NCBI GenBank assembly: GCA_963765205.1
Contig: CAVXVB010000002.1
Coordinates: forward strand, 150,635-214,634
Direction of reading: 5' to 3'
From: an uncultured Verrucomicrobiae bacterium
GTDB lineage: Bacteria > Verrucomicrobiota > Verrucomicrobiia > Opitutales > JABDGR01
Length of the DNA stretch: 64,000 bases
Under the pieces are notes generated by a model, which saw only the letters and a list, made by a program, of their open reading frames with translations, had not been told where the DNA came from and made no database searches. Below are positions 21,587-31,994 of the stretch, in pieces. Every line of letters starts with the position of its first letter. The stretch's first letter is position 1. Both the position numbers and the translations under genes were made by a program.

Positions 21587-21666
21587 CGGAACCGACAATC
21601 CTGCCAGAATCCGCCCCCCGGCGAAAGCCAGAAAAATCACCAAAATAATCTGCTTTGCCTGCTCCG

Positions 21667-21710
21667 TTTTTACTTCTTAATTCTTAAACCTTACTTCTTA
21701 ATTCCTGATT
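21667..21710 (+). repeat. Single arm of 7-nt periodic repeats directly upstream of cysS
   Basis: TTTTTAC TTCTTAA TTCTTAA ACCTTAC TTCTTAA TTCCTGA. Confidence 0.65.
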
Positions 21711-21716
21711 CACCCC

Positions 21717-23178
21717 ATGTCTCTGCGCCTCCACAACACCCTGACCCGCGCGGTCGAGCTTGTCGCGCCCACCGCGCCCGACGGCGTCTTCCGCCTGTAT
21801 TGCTGCGGGCCGACGGTGTATGGCCCCGCGCATATTGGCAATTTCCGCACCTTCGTCGTGCAGGACGTCCTCCGCCGTGCTATCGAAATCGAATGCGGCC
21901 CCGCCCGCGTGCTGCACGCCCGCAACCTCACTGACGTGGATGACAAAACTATCCGCGAGTCCCAGGCCGCCGGCCAGTCCCTCGCCGATTTCACGCGCGG
22001 CTGGACGGAAAAATTCCGCGCCGACGGCCTCGCCCTCAGTTTGCGGCCCGTCCATTTCGAGCCGGGCGCCATCGCCCATATCCCCGAACAAGTCGCCCTC
22101 ATCGAAAAATTGCTCGCCCACGGCCACGCCTACCGCGCGGACGACGGCTCGGTGTATTTCAAAGTCTCGTCCTTTGCGCGCTATGGGCAGCTTTCGCACT
22201 TGAAGCTCGCAGAGTTGGAAACCCAGCACGCCAACAGCGCCGGCCAGCTCAATGAAGCCGACGAATACTCGCGCGAGCACGTCGCCGATTTCGCGCTCTG
22301 GAAGGCGCGCAAGCCCGAGGACGGCCCCAACTTCTGGCCCAGCCCCTGGGGCGAAGGTCGCCCCGGCTGGCACATTGAGTGCAGCGCGATGATCGAAAAA
22401 GTCTTCGACGGCGCGACCATTGACCTGCACGGCGGCGGCGTGGACCTGATGTTCCCGCACCACGAAAACGAAATCGCCCAATCCTGCTGCGCGCACGATG
22501 GCGACGCCAGTTACGCCTTCGTGCGCCACTGGTTCCACAGCGCGCACCTGCTTGTGGACGGGCGCAAGATGTCCAAAAGCCTCGGCAATCTCTACACGCT
22601 CGCCGACATCGAAAAAATGGGCTTTGCCCCCACCGTGCTGCGCTACGCGCTCCTCGCCGGCCACTACCGCTCGCCCCTCAATTTCTCCAAGCACGGCCTC
22701 GAAGCCGCCGATAGCGCCGTCCACAAACTCGACAAAAACCTGCGCGCCCTCGCCGCGCGCGCGGCGGGCGACCCCGCGAAGGCGCCGGAACTCATTGCCC
22801 GCCTGAAAAAATCCGCGCCCGAAGCCCTCCGCTGGGGTCGCTACGCCACCGCCTGGACCGCGCTGTCAGACGACCTCAACGTCCCCGGCGCCCTCGGCGA
22901 AATTTTCAAAATCGAGCCAAAAACCGCCACGATTGAGCAGGCAATGGAAGACCTTGAAGGCTTCATCAAAATCACCGTCGTCGCGCTCGGGCTGGACCTG
23001 CCCCTGCCCGAGATTCATGACTGCAGCCCCCGCCGAAATCACCGCCCTCGCCCAAGCCCGCTGGGACGCCAAACAAGCCAAAAACTTCGCCCAAGCCGAC
23101 GCCCTCCGCCAGCAAATCGAATCCCACGGCTGGAAAGTCCTCGACCGCAAGGACGGCTTCGGGCTGGAAAAGCTTTGA
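21717..23178 (+). CDS. cysS: Cysteine--tRNA ligase (apparent 1-nt insertion at 23013-23016)
   Basis: [23 protein letters not shown]; the anticodon-binding tail ([14 protein letters not shown]) is in the next frame. Confidence 0.95.
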
Positions 23179-23241
23179 GCACACACCGTCGAATATACAA
23201 TGTCTGGTCGCCACCAAAAGCTTCGGTTTGTGTACAGCCTA

Positions 23242-24267
23242 GAGCATTTTCGATTTAGATAGACGCATATTGGGCATGACCAAAGAAGCCTTGGCAATGG
23301 GTGGAGGTGAAGGAGGCGAGGGCTGGAACCAAAGCGGTTTGGAGGTCCGTGAGGGTTCGTGCGGCGGCTTGCCGAAGATGGGCTTTGAGTTTGGCGAAGG
23401 CCTGTTCGATGGGGTTGAGATCGGGGCTATACGGCGGCAGATAGCGCACGCGGGCGCCGCGGGCGGCCAGCACCGCGGCGACGCTGGCCGTTTTGTGGGT
23501 GGCGAGGTTGTCGAGGATCACGGTGTCGCCCTCCCGCAATTCCGGGCCGAGCACTTGTTGGAGGTAGGCGGTGAACACGTCGGTGTCCACTGCGCCTTCG
23601 ATCAGAAAAGGCGCAGTCACGGCGTCCACGCGCAACGCGGCGATAAAGGTGGAAGTGTGCCAGTGCCCGTGGGGCACGCGCCCGAGGCAACGCTGGCTGC
23701 GCGGGGCCCGCCCATACAGCCGCGCCATCTTGGTGTTCAAGCCGGTCTCGTCGATGAAGACCAACCGTCGGCTGTCCCAGCTGGGCTGATCCTGGCGCCA
23801 CTGGTGCCGGGCCGCTTTAACGTCGGGTTCGATCTTGCTCGGCGGCGCGCGTCGTTTTTTTTATAGCTCAAGCCCAGCCGCTCCAGCCGGTGCCACAGCG
23901 CGTTGAGGCCCAGCCGCACGCCGAGTTGCTCGCGGCAGCGCGTTTGCAGTTGCGCCAGCGTCAGGTCGGGCTGCGCCGCGATCCACGCCCGCACCTTGCG
24001 CTCATGCTCCGCCAGCCGGGAGCGGCGGCAGCCGCCGATTTGTTTCGGCCGGCAGTGGCCCCGGCGGCGGTATTGGTTCCAGAAGCGTTCGGCGCTGCTG
24101 CGGCTGACCCCAAAACGGCGGCAGACCTCGCCCGTGCCTTCCCCGGCTTCGCGCGCCCGCACGATGCGCTGGCGCAAATCTTCCGAGAGTGGTTTCATGG
24201 TGGTGGCCTCCTTTTCCACCATTATACACCGCTTTCAGCAATACGTCTATTTAAATCGAAAATGCTC
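23242..24267 (-). mobile_element. IS630-family element; two-ORF transposase (ca. 24198-23255) with A8 slippage site
   Basis: Inverted repeats GAGCATTTTCGATTTA(G/A)ATAGACG, TA duplication within CTAG; FIDETG, ILDN, LPPYSPDLNPIE; YKK slippery run at 23855-23862 plus one extra base near 23829. Confidence 0.93.
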
Positions 24268-24701
24268 TAGAAGGCAAGCTTGACGTACTTTACGGGAACA
24301 GAGAAAGTCTAGGAGACAAGGAACAAAGTCATCGTTATAATGCCAACCAATACGTCGGGTCTCGACCATAGATATGGCATCCCTGGTAGTTAATCGGATG
24401 ACGGAAATCGCCAAAAACACAAAATTTGATGACAAAATGGTTCCGGTAAAATGCTTACGGCGGGCCATCAGAGAAGCCAAAGAAGAAATTTATGAGGCGC
24501 AGGGAATGAAAAATTGCACGCCTTTGGAAAAAGAGAAGTTTTTCTTTAACAAACCAACTGATTTTCTGCTTGGGTAACAGAGCAGTATAGCGCACTTTCA
24601 AAGAACAGCATTATTTGGCCAGAAGATATGCGTGCCGGAACTTTAGATTTTATTGAATCAGTGAGTCATCGAGCGGGCATTACCCATTGGAAAGGTTCGG
24701 C

Positions 24702-25577
24702 CTACTTTTTCTTCCCACTTTTCTTGGGCGGAGGGCGTTTGGCAGGGGATTTGGGCTTTTCCTCGTCCTCGTCGTCCTCATCTTTGTCTGCGTCCACGGT
24801 GTCTTCTTCTTCGTCGACCTTGTCCTCCGTGTCGGCTTCGTCGTCCTCGTCTTCGTCGTCGGCGAGGGCGTCGAGGTCTTCAGTGGCTTCCTCTTCCTTT
24901 TTCTCCTCTTCGTCATCCCACTTCATGGTTTCGTCTTCCTCGATTTTTTCATCTTCGATTTCGGGGAAATCCTCGGCGGCGGCCTCTTCGGTGGCGCCCT
25001 TTTCGGACTCCTCGTGCGTATGCTCCACGTCCTCGTCCACCTCGAAGCCCTTGGGGACGTATTCTAGGATGTCGGTGATTTCCTGGAAGGCGTGCAGCGC
25101 GCGGCCTTCGAGGAAGGCGTTGTGGTGGTCCTCGCGGATTTCCTCCTCGAGGTCCTCGACGGTCAGGTGTTTTTCCAAGTCAATGGCGTCGTTGAGGAAC
25201 TTGACGCGCAGCTTGGTGATGTGGTCGAGGAAGTCCGCGTAGGGGCCTTTTTCCTCATCCACCTGGTCGGGCAGGGCAAAGAGTTTTTCGTCGGATTCAA
25301 GGAGCGACTCGTGCGCGCGGGAGAGCTTGACCTTGTTGTCGGGGAGGGTCTCCTTGATGGTGAAGGGGATAAATGCGGCGTCGAAGATGTCGGGCTGAAA
25401 GCCGTAGTCGCGCAGCGGGTCGAGCAGGTCGAGGATGTGGGCGAGCTGGCGCGGGTCAATGATGGACAGGCCGTCCACGTCCCAGCGGACGCTGTCGCTG
25501 ACTTCAGCGACCCACCAGTTGAGGTCGTCACCGAGGCGCACGATGCACCATTCGAGTTTAGGCAAGGGCTTTGGCAT
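24702..25577 (-). CDS. Hypothetical protein with long Asp/Glu-rich tail and basic C-terminus
   Basis: GC3-rich codon use; globular ~185 aa, then EDED-rich region, ending KPKSPAKRPPPKKSGKKK. Confidence 0.8.
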   Translation of the reverse strand: MPKPLPKLEWCIVRLGDDLNWWVAEVSDSVRWDVDGLSIIDPRQLAHILDLLDPLRDYGFQPDIFDAAFIPFTIKETLPDNKVKLSRAHESLLESDEKLFALPDQVDEEKGPYADFLDHITKLRVKFLNDAIDLEKHLTVEDLEEEIREDHHNAFLEGRALHAFQEITDILEYVPKGFEVDEDVEHTHEESEKGATEEAAAEDFPEIEDEKIEEDETMKWDDEEEKKEEEATEDLDALADDEDEDDEADTEDKVDEEEDTVDADKDEDDEDEEKPKSPAKRPPPKKSGKKK

Positions 25578-25765
25578 AAGAAGGCTTTGCCTTCCCCAAA
25601 AAGGCATCGCCCGGCATTTGTCAACCTATGTAATGAAATATATTTGAGGCGGGGGTGGGGGGTGGGAGGTGTCTGCCGGGCGGTGCGGGGACGGGAAACG
25701 GAGGGCTTTACCTTGGTGCGGAGATGATTGCCAAGCGCGGATGACGTCCATAAGGTGGGCGTTCC

Positions 25766-26824
25766 ATGGGTGTCATTTACGAAAAGATCTTCCGGCCCCG
25801 GCTGTTCAGCCACGACGCCGAGAAGTCCCACGAACAGGCGCTGGTGGCGCTGCAAACCCTCGCCAAGGCGGGGCCGCTGTGCTCCCTGCTGGCCTGGGCC
25901 AACCGCGTCCACGGCGCGCGGCCCATTGAACTGTTCGGCCTGAAGTTCCCCAACGCAGTCGGTCTGGCTGCCGGGTTCGATAAGAACGCCGTAGGCTGCC
26001 GCGCGGCGCCGGCGCTGGGCTTTGGTCATGTCGAGATCGGCACGGTCACGCTCCACGCGCAGCCCGGCAACGCCCGCCCACGGATGTTCCGCCTGCCGGA
26101 GCAGGAGGCCCTCATCAACCGCCTCGGTTTCCCCAACGATGGTTCGGAGGCCGTCGCGCAGCGCTTGGCGCGGTTTCCGTTGAAGCTGCGCCGCATCCCG
26201 CTGGGCGTCAATCTCGGCAAGTCGAAGAGCGTGCCCCTCGAACAGGCGGCCAACGATTACCTGGCCTCGTTCAACCTGCTGGCCGACCACGCGGACTATT
26301 TCGTCATCAACGTCTCCAGCCCGAACACGCCGGAATTGCGCCGGCTCCAGACGCAGGAATTTTTGCCGGGGCTGCTCAAGCTCATGCGCAAAAGCGCGCG
26401 CGACCGCGCCCGCAAGCTCGGCGCGCGCCCCGTGCCGCTGCTGCTCAAAATCGCGCCCGACCTGACCTTCGCGGAGATTGACGAACTACTCGCCACCGTC
26501 GCCGAGCACGAGCTGGACGGCGTCATCGCCACCAACACCACGGTCGCGCGCCCCGGCATTGAGGGTGCCACCGAATCCGGGGGCCTCAGTGGCCGCCCGC
26601 TGCACGCGCGCGTCGTCGAGATCGTCCGCTTCATTTCCCTGGCGACGCAGGGCCGGCTGCCCATCATCGGCTGCGGCGGCATCCTCGGCCCCGCCGACGC
26701 GCACCGGCTGATGGACAACGGCGCGGGGCTGGTCCAGCTCTACACCGGGCTGGTTTACCGCGGCCCGTTTTTCGCGCGCGACCTCGCCCACGCGCTGGCC
26801 TGGCGGCACAAGGAGTGGGTCTAA
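25766..26824 (+). CDS. pyrD: Quinone-dependent dihydroorotate dehydrogenase
   Basis: GLAAGFDKN, INRLGFPN, NVSSPNTP, KIAPD, GGLSG, VQLYTG. Confidence 0.96.
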   Translation: MGVIYEKIFRPRLFSHDAEKSHEQALVALQTLAKAGPLCSLLAWANRVHGARPIELFGLKFPNAVGLAAGFDKNAVGCRAAPALGFGHVEIGTVTLHAQPGNARPRMFRLPEQEALINRLGFPNDGSEAVAQRLARFPLKLRRIPLGVNLGKSKSVPLEQAANDYLASFNLLADHADYFVINVSSPNTPELRRLQTQEFLPGLLKLMRKSARDRARKLGARPVPLLLKIAPDLTFAEIDELLATVAEHELDGVIATNTTVARPGIEGATESGGLSGRPLHARVVEIVRFISLATQGRLPIIGCGGILGPADAHRLMDNGAGLVQLYTGLVYRGPFFARDLAHALAWRHKEWV

Positions 26825-26826
26825 TT

Positions 26827-26908
26827 AATGGAAAATGGAAGATGGAAAATGGAAAAATAAATTTCCACGAGTCCGGTTTTTTCCATTTTCCATCTTCCAT
26901 TTTCCATT
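26827..26908. repeat. Perfect 31-bp hairpin of 7-nt units (AATGGAA)x4 between pyrD and the GT2 gene
   Basis: 26827-26857 is the exact reverse complement of 26878-26908, including the variant unit GATGGAA/TTCCATC. Confidence 0.92.
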
Positions 26909-26911
26909 CTC

Positions 26912-27640
26912 ATGGTTTCTTACTCCATCGTCATCCCCGCCTACAACGAGGAGGCGCATCTGCCGGGGACCTTGGCCGCCGTGCATACGGCGATGCGTGC
27001 GGTGCCCGAGCCGGGCGAGGTCGTGGTCGTGGACAACAACTCGACCGACCGCACCGCCGCGGTGGCGCGCGAGCAGGGCGCGCGCGTCGTCTTCGAACCG
27101 GTCAACCAGATTTCCCGCGCGCGCAACGCCGGGGCCAAGGCCGCGCAGGGCGCCTGGCTGGTGTTCCTCGATGCCGACACGCTGCTGCCCGCGGAGCTGC
27201 TCGCGCGGGCCATCGAAAATCTGCGCGCGGGGAAAATCGCCGGCGGCGGCGCGCTGATGGAAATGGACGGGCCGATTGACCCGCGTTACCAGCGGGTCGT
27301 GGACGGGTGGACGTGGGTCTCGCGCAAACTGCAATGGGCGGCGGGCAGTTTTGTGTATTGCACGCGCGAGGGCTTCGACGCCGTGGGCGGCTTTTCGCTG
27401 AAGGTTTACGCCGGCGAGGAAGTGTTTTTCTCCCATGCTTACACGAAATGGGCGCGGCGGCAGGGGCGCACTTTTTGCATCGTGGAAAGCCCGCGCGTGC
27501 GCACCTCCGCGCGCAAGATGCAGTGGTATTCCCCCGCGCAAATGCTGGGCCTGCTCGGGGTGATGATCGTCTGCCCGATGGCCGTCCGCAGCAAACGCCT
27601 CTGCGCGTTTTGGTATCGCCGGCCCAAGCCGGCGGCCTAA
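26912..27640 (+). CDS. Family 2 glycosyltransferase
   Basis: SIVIPAYNEE, VVDNNSTD, ARNAG, FLDAD, TSARK. Confidence 0.92.
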   Translation: MVSYSIVIPAYNEEAHLPGTLAAVHTAMRAVPEPGEVVVVDNNSTDRTAAVAREQGARVVFEPVNQISRARNAGAKAAQGAWLVFLDADTLLPAELLARAIENLRAGKIAGGGALMEMDGPIDPRYQRVVDGWTWVSRKLQWAAGSFVYCTREGFDAVGGFSLKVYAGEEVFFSHAYTKWARRQGRTFCIVESPRVRTSARKMQWYSPAQMLGLLGVMIVCPMAVRSKRLCAFWYRRPKPAA

Positions 27641-27674
27641 AGCGATGGAGACGCCTTTTCAACCCCAAATAAAA

Positions 27675-27756
27675 TTCACCGCCAAGGCGCAAAGAACGCA
27701 AAGGATGATTTTAGAATTACCGCCATTCTTTGCGTTCTTTGCGCCCTGGCGGTGAA
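27675..27756. repeat. Hairpin with arms of ~9-nt units (CGCAAAGAA-like) between convergent genes
   Basis: TTCACCGCCAAGGCGCAAAGAACGCAAAG / CTTTGCGTTCTTTGCGCCCTGGCGGTGAA, 29 bp with 1 mismatch. Confidence 0.88.
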
Positions 27757-27776
27757 CATCAGTTTGAAAACCGAAC

Positions 27777-28733
27777 TTAGCTCGCCGTGGCGGCGGCCAT
27801 TTCGGTGCGGGCTTTTTCGGCCAGCGCGGTCGAGATGTAGCGTTCGCCGGCGCTCGCGGCCACGACGACGATTTTCTTGCCCGCCGAGCTGGGGCGCTTG
27901 GCGACTTCCAGCGCGGCCCAAATCGTTGCGCCACTGGAGATGCCGACGCAGAGGCCTTCCTCGGTCGAGAGTTTCTGCGCCGTGGCAAAAGCGTCCTCGT
28001 TAGTCACCTGGATGGTTTCGTCAAGGATGGCGGTGTTGAGATTTTTCGGGATGAAGCCGGCGCCGATGCCTTGGATTTTATGCGGGCCGGGCTTGCCCCC
28101 GGAAATCACCGCGCTGTTCGTCGGCTCGACGGCGATGGAATGCAGCTTGCGGCGCTGTTTGATGACTTCGGAGACGCCGGTGATGGTGCCGCCGGTGCCG
28201 ACGCCCGCGATGAAGATGTCCACCTGGCCCTCGGTGTCGCGCCAGATTTCCTCGGCGGTGGTGGCGCGGTGGATGGCGGGGTTGGCGGGGTTGTCGAATT
28301 GCTGCGGCATGAAGCCGTTCGCGCCGTGCTCGGCGAGGATTTGGTTCGCGCGCTCGATGGCGCCGCGCATTCCGGCCGAGCCGGGCGTTAGCACGATTTC
28401 CGCGCCCAACATGCGCAGCAGCACGCGGCGCTCCATGGACATCGTCTCGGGCATCGTCAAAATGATCCGGTAGCCCTTTGCGGCGGCGACGAAAGCGAGG
28501 GCGATGCCGGTGTTGCCGGAAGTCGGCTCGATGATGACCATGCCGGGCTTGAGGCGGCCGTCTTTTTCGGCGGCTTCGATCATCGCGCGCCCGATGCGGT
28601 CCTTGACGGACGAGAGCGGGTTGAAGAACTCGCACTTGACGATGACTTCGCCCGGCAGCCCGGCGGAGAGTTTATTCAGGCGCACCAAAGGCGTGTTCCC
28701 GACGGTGGCGACGATGCTCGAGTAGATGTTCAT
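27777..28733 (-). CDS. cysK: Cysteine synthase A
   Basis: SVKDR (PLP lysine), [27 protein letters not shown]. Confidence 0.96.
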   Translation of the reverse strand: MNIYSSIVATVGNTPLVRLNKLSAGLPGEVIVKCEFFNPLSSVKDRIGRAMIEAAEKDGRLKPGMVIIEPTSGNTGIALAFVAAAKGYRIILTMPETMSMERRVLLRMLGAEIVLTPGSAGMRGAIERANQILAEHGANGFMPQQFDNPANPAIHRATTAEEIWRDTEGQVDIFIAGVGTGGTITGVSEVIKQRRKLHSIAVEPTNSAVISGGKPGPHKIQGIGAGFIPKNLNTAILDETIQVTNEDAFATAQKLSTEEGLCVGISSGATIWAALEVAKRPSSAGKKIVVVAASAGERYISTALAEKARTEMAAATAS

Positions 28734-28964
28734 GGGGGGAAGAGTTTTTTAGTGTTTTGGTTTTTGGTTCTCTAGTTGGGCCGGCTTGTAGGTGCTTAGT
28801 TGAAAGGAGGATGGGAGAAAAGAATGAAGTGCAAAAAGTGGTTTGTTGGGTATCTTGGGTTAGATACTCAAGATAAAAACCAAATGAACAGGGTTAACGC
28901 AAGCCAAAAGCGAAGATTATTATGTGTAGAATGGTGGCGCGATGGGCCGTTTGGTTGAATTAGT

Positions 28965-30008
28965 TTACCGCGCCCCGAGCGATTCCCACACCTGTTTGGC
29001 TTTATCGGCGAGAGTTTGGCGGCAGGCGGCGACGGCCGCTTCGCGACTTTTGAGGTTTTCGTTGGCGATGGCGGCGAGGTCGTCGAGGTTGAAGAGAAAA
29101 ACGTTTTCCAAGCCCGCCGCCGCCGGCTCGATGTTGCGGGGCACGGCGAGGTCAATCACGAAGAGCGGGACGCCGGCGCGCCGGGCGGTGGCTTCCGCGA
29201 GTTGCGCGCGTGTTATGATAGGTGTTTCGGTGGTGAGCGCGCCGAGCACGATGTCGGCTTGGGCGAGTTGTTCGGGCACGCGGTTGAGTTCCACGGCGAC
29301 ACATTCGTGTTTCATGGCGACCTCGAAGGCGTGCGCGAGGCTGCGACTGGCGATGGTCACGTCGCGCGCGCCGCGGGTGCGCAGCGCCTGTAGCACGCTC
29401 TGGCCGGCTTCGCCCGCGCCGATGAGCAGCACGCGGCTGTGGCCCAGCCCGCCAAACATGCGGGTGGCCAACTCGACGGCGACTGAGCCGATGCTGACCG
29501 CGCCGCGCCCGATGGCGGTGTTGGTCCGCGCCCACTTCGCCGCCTGGAAACTTTTTTGGAAGACGCGGTTGAGCACCGGCCCCGCCGCGCCGCGCTGGGT
29601 GGCGTCGGCATACGAATCCTTCACCTGCCCGAAAATTTCCGTCTCGCCGAGCATCTGCGAATCCAGGCCCGCGGCGACGCTGAAGGCGTGCTCGACCACG
29701 GCCGCGCTCTGTTTGAAAAACGTGTAGGGTTCGACTTCGCCCGGCTCGAGTTGGTGCAGGCGGCTAATTTCCTCGAGCAGGCGCGCGCGCAACGCCGCAG
29801 CCTCGACCGCGTCTTTCGCCACGCCGTAAAGCTCAACGCGGTTGCAGGTATTGAGGACGAGGCACTCGGACAAGTTCATCTTCTCGCGCAGTAAGGCATA
29901 AATCGCCTCGAGGCGCTCCGGCGGCACGGACAACCGCTCGCGCACCGCCAGCGGTGCGGTGCGGTGCGTGCTGCCGAGCAGGAAGATGCCGGGGCCGGAG
30001 GAATCCAT
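28965..30008 (-). CDS. hemA: Glutamyl-tRNA reductase (short form without dimerisation domain)
   Basis: HRTAP, TCNRVE, GLDSQMLGETEIFGQVK, GAGE, DLAVPRNIE. Confidence 0.95.
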   Translation of the reverse strand: MDSSGPGIFLLGSTHRTAPLAVRERLSVPPERLEAIYALLREKMNLSECLVLNTCNRVELYGVAKDAVEAAALRARLLEEISRLHQLEPGEVEPYTFFKQSAAVVEHAFSVAAGLDSQMLGETEIFGQVKDSYADATQRGAAGPVLNRVFQKSFQAAKWARTNTAIGRGAVSIGSVAVELATRMFGGLGHSRVLLIGAGEAGQSVLQALRTRGARDVTIASRSLAHAFEVAMKHECVAVELNRVPEQLAQADIVLGALTTETPIITRAQLAEATARRAGVPLFVIDLAVPRNIEPAAAGLENVFLFNLDDLAAIANENLKSREAAVAACRQTLADKAKQVWESLGAR

Positions 30009-30871
30009 CAGTGGGAGGCGGTTGGGGTTGAGGACACGGCATTGTTCGCCGCGGGCGCGTTGTCCTGTTGGGCGCGCGAAACGGGCCACAAAGAAAAAAT
30101 GGCGAGCGCAAACAGCCCGACGCAACACCACGCATACGAACGCGCGACAAGGCGGTTGCGCCAGCGCAGCCACGCGACCACGAGGTAGCCGGCCCAGACG
30201 CCGATGGTCACAATTAACTTGGCCGGGCCGACGCCGCCGGGTTCCTGGATCCAGTCGAGCACGCCGAGGGCAACGGCCACGCTCAAGGCCCACGCGCCGA
30301 CGAGGAGCAATTGCCGGTTCAGCGCGTCCAATTCCGCCAGCGAGGGCAGCAGCCGGAAAATCCCGGTGAAACGCTTGCGCTCCAGCCCGTGCCGCTGGAG
30401 CAGATACATCAGCGCTGTGACCGCGAGCAGCCCAAACACGCCATAGCTGAAGACGGCGAGCGCGACGTGAAATTCAATCCACGGGTTGCCCGCCCCGGCG
30501 ACGCCCGCGGCCTGTGCCTGCGCGCTCGGCAGGAAGAGCGACCCAACGCCCAAGCCTGCCGCCAGCCCGGCGGCAAATAACCCGAGCAGCCGCAATTGCA
30601 GCGTCGCGCGCAAAATCAATTGCAGAAAAACGGTGACCCAGGCCAGCGACTGCACCAACTCGAAGGCGTTGCCCACCGGCAGCGAATGCGTCTCCAGGCC
30701 GCGCAGGTAAAGCCCGGTACTCTGGGCGAGGAACGCGGGGAGGATCAGTGCATAAAAAATGGGCCGGTCGTGCTCGCGCCCGCGCGCCGCCGCGGAGACC
30801 GCGTAGCCGAAACCGAGCAGATAAAGCACGGTTGCGGCATACAAGAAGGCAATGGGCGGGTTGTCAAACAT
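30008..30871 (-). CDS. ccsA: Cytochrome c assembly family membrane protein (CcsA/HemX-like)
   Basis: About 8 TMs, WIEFHV, MYLLQ...LPSLAELD pattern; TGATG coupling to hemA. Confidence 0.8.
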   Translation of the reverse strand: MFDNPPIAFLYAATVLYLLGFGYAVSAAARGREHDRPIFYALILPAFLAQSTGLYLRGLETHSLPVGNAFELVQSLAWVTVFLQLILRATLQLRLLGLFAAGLAAGLGVGSLFLPSAQAQAAGVAGAGNPWIEFHVALAVFSYGVFGLLAVTALMYLLQRHGLERKRFTGIFRLLPSLAELDALNRQLLLVGAWALSVAVALGVLDWIQEPGGVGPAKLIVTIGVWAGYLVVAWLRWRNRLVARSYAWCCVGLFALAIFSLWPVSRAQQDNAPAANNAVSSTPTASH

Positions 30872-31064
30872 GCGGCGGCAGGGTGGGGCAACCCGGCATC
30901 CTAGCGCGCGCCCGGGTCGCGCTCAAGGCGGAAGTGGCCCTGGGGTAGTTTCCAGCGCAAACCTGGTTGGTTGGGCCAGGCCGGCGATTCGTAAATATAT
31001 TTCCTGTGGCGCTGTTTCCGTTGCTTTATCCCCAATTTGAGGTAAGATGCCTTCTCTTTTCCCC

Positions 31065-31988
31065 ATGAACATCAAATCATTCGCCCTGCTGGCGTTCGCC
31101 GTCAGCTTCCTAGTCGCCGCCAGTCCGCGCACCGCGGCCCAAACCGCGCCTGCGGCCACGCCAGCGTCGGCCGCCGCCGCTTCGTCTGATGTTAAGCCGC
31201 AATTGCAGGCCCTCGTCCAAAAGATCAACACGAAGTTGCAAGCAGGCGCCCATAGCGAAAGCGACCTGGCGCCGGAATTGAAGGAATTCGACGCCATTCT
31301 CGCGGCGCATAAGGGGGAAAAGTCCGACGACCTCGCCCAAGTCGCGTTCATGAAGGCGCAATTATATCTGGAGGTCTTTGATCAGGCGGACAAGGCGCTG
31401 CCCATGCTTCAGCAGTTGGTGAAAGATTTCCCAGACACGGCCGTGGCCAAGCAAATTGCACCGGCCCTGCCCCAGCTCGCCGCCCAGATTGCAGCCGACG
31501 CGGGGGCGGCGGCCATCCGCGCCCAGCTCGCCGTGGGCACGGCGTTCCCGGATTTTTCCGTCAAGGACCTCGCCGGCAAGCCGCTGTCCGTGGCCAATTA
31601 CAAAGGCAAGGTCGTGCTGGTGGACTTCTGGGCCACCTGGTGCGGGCCGTGCGTGCAGGAGATGCCCAATGTCATCGCCGCCTATGGTAAATATCACGAT
31701 AAGGGATTTGAGATTATCGGCGTCAGCCTGGACGATGACGCGGATAAGGGTCGCGACAAGCTCACCGCCTTCATCACGCAGAATAAAATGCCCTGGGTGC
31801 AGTATTACGACGGCAAGCACTGGCAAACCGACCTGGCGGTGAAATACGGCGTCCATCAGATCCCCACCAGCTACCTGCTTGATGGCACGGGTAAAATTAT
31901 CGCCCTATCGCCGCGTGGACCGGACCTGGCCCCGGCGATTGAAAAAGCCCTGGCCACGCTGGCCCCGGTGACCAAGCCCGCGAACTGA
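31065..31988 (+). CDS. TlpA/ResA-family thiol-disulfide oxidoreductase, secreted
   Basis: Signal peptide; LVDFWATWCGPC; YGVHQIP. Confidence 0.92.
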   Translation: MNIKSFALLAFAVSFLVAASPRTAAQTAPAATPASAAAASSDVKPQLQALVQKINTKLQAGAHSESDLAPELKEFDAILAAHKGEKSDDLAQVAFMKAQLYLEVFDQADKALPMLQQLVKDFPDTAVAKQIAPALPQLAAQIAADAGAAAIRAQLAVGTAFPDFSVKDLAGKPLSVANYKGKVVLVDFWATWCGPCVQEMPNVIAAYGKYHDKGFEIIGVSLDDDADKGRDKLTAFITQNKMPWVQYYDGKHWQTDLAVKYGVHQIPTSYLLDGTGKIIALSPRGPDLAPAIEKALATLAPVTKPAN

Positions 31989-31994
31989 GGCGGC

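Noticed and set aside
23855-23862. A8 slippage in the IS630 transposase as a novelty
   Set aside because: Frameshifting at this position is standard for IS630 elements.
24270-24700. AT-rich stretch beside IS630 with a REAKEE (Nudix-like) peptide
   Set aside because: The Nudix box is incomplete, the frames have several stops, and removing the IS does not restore a convincing gene.
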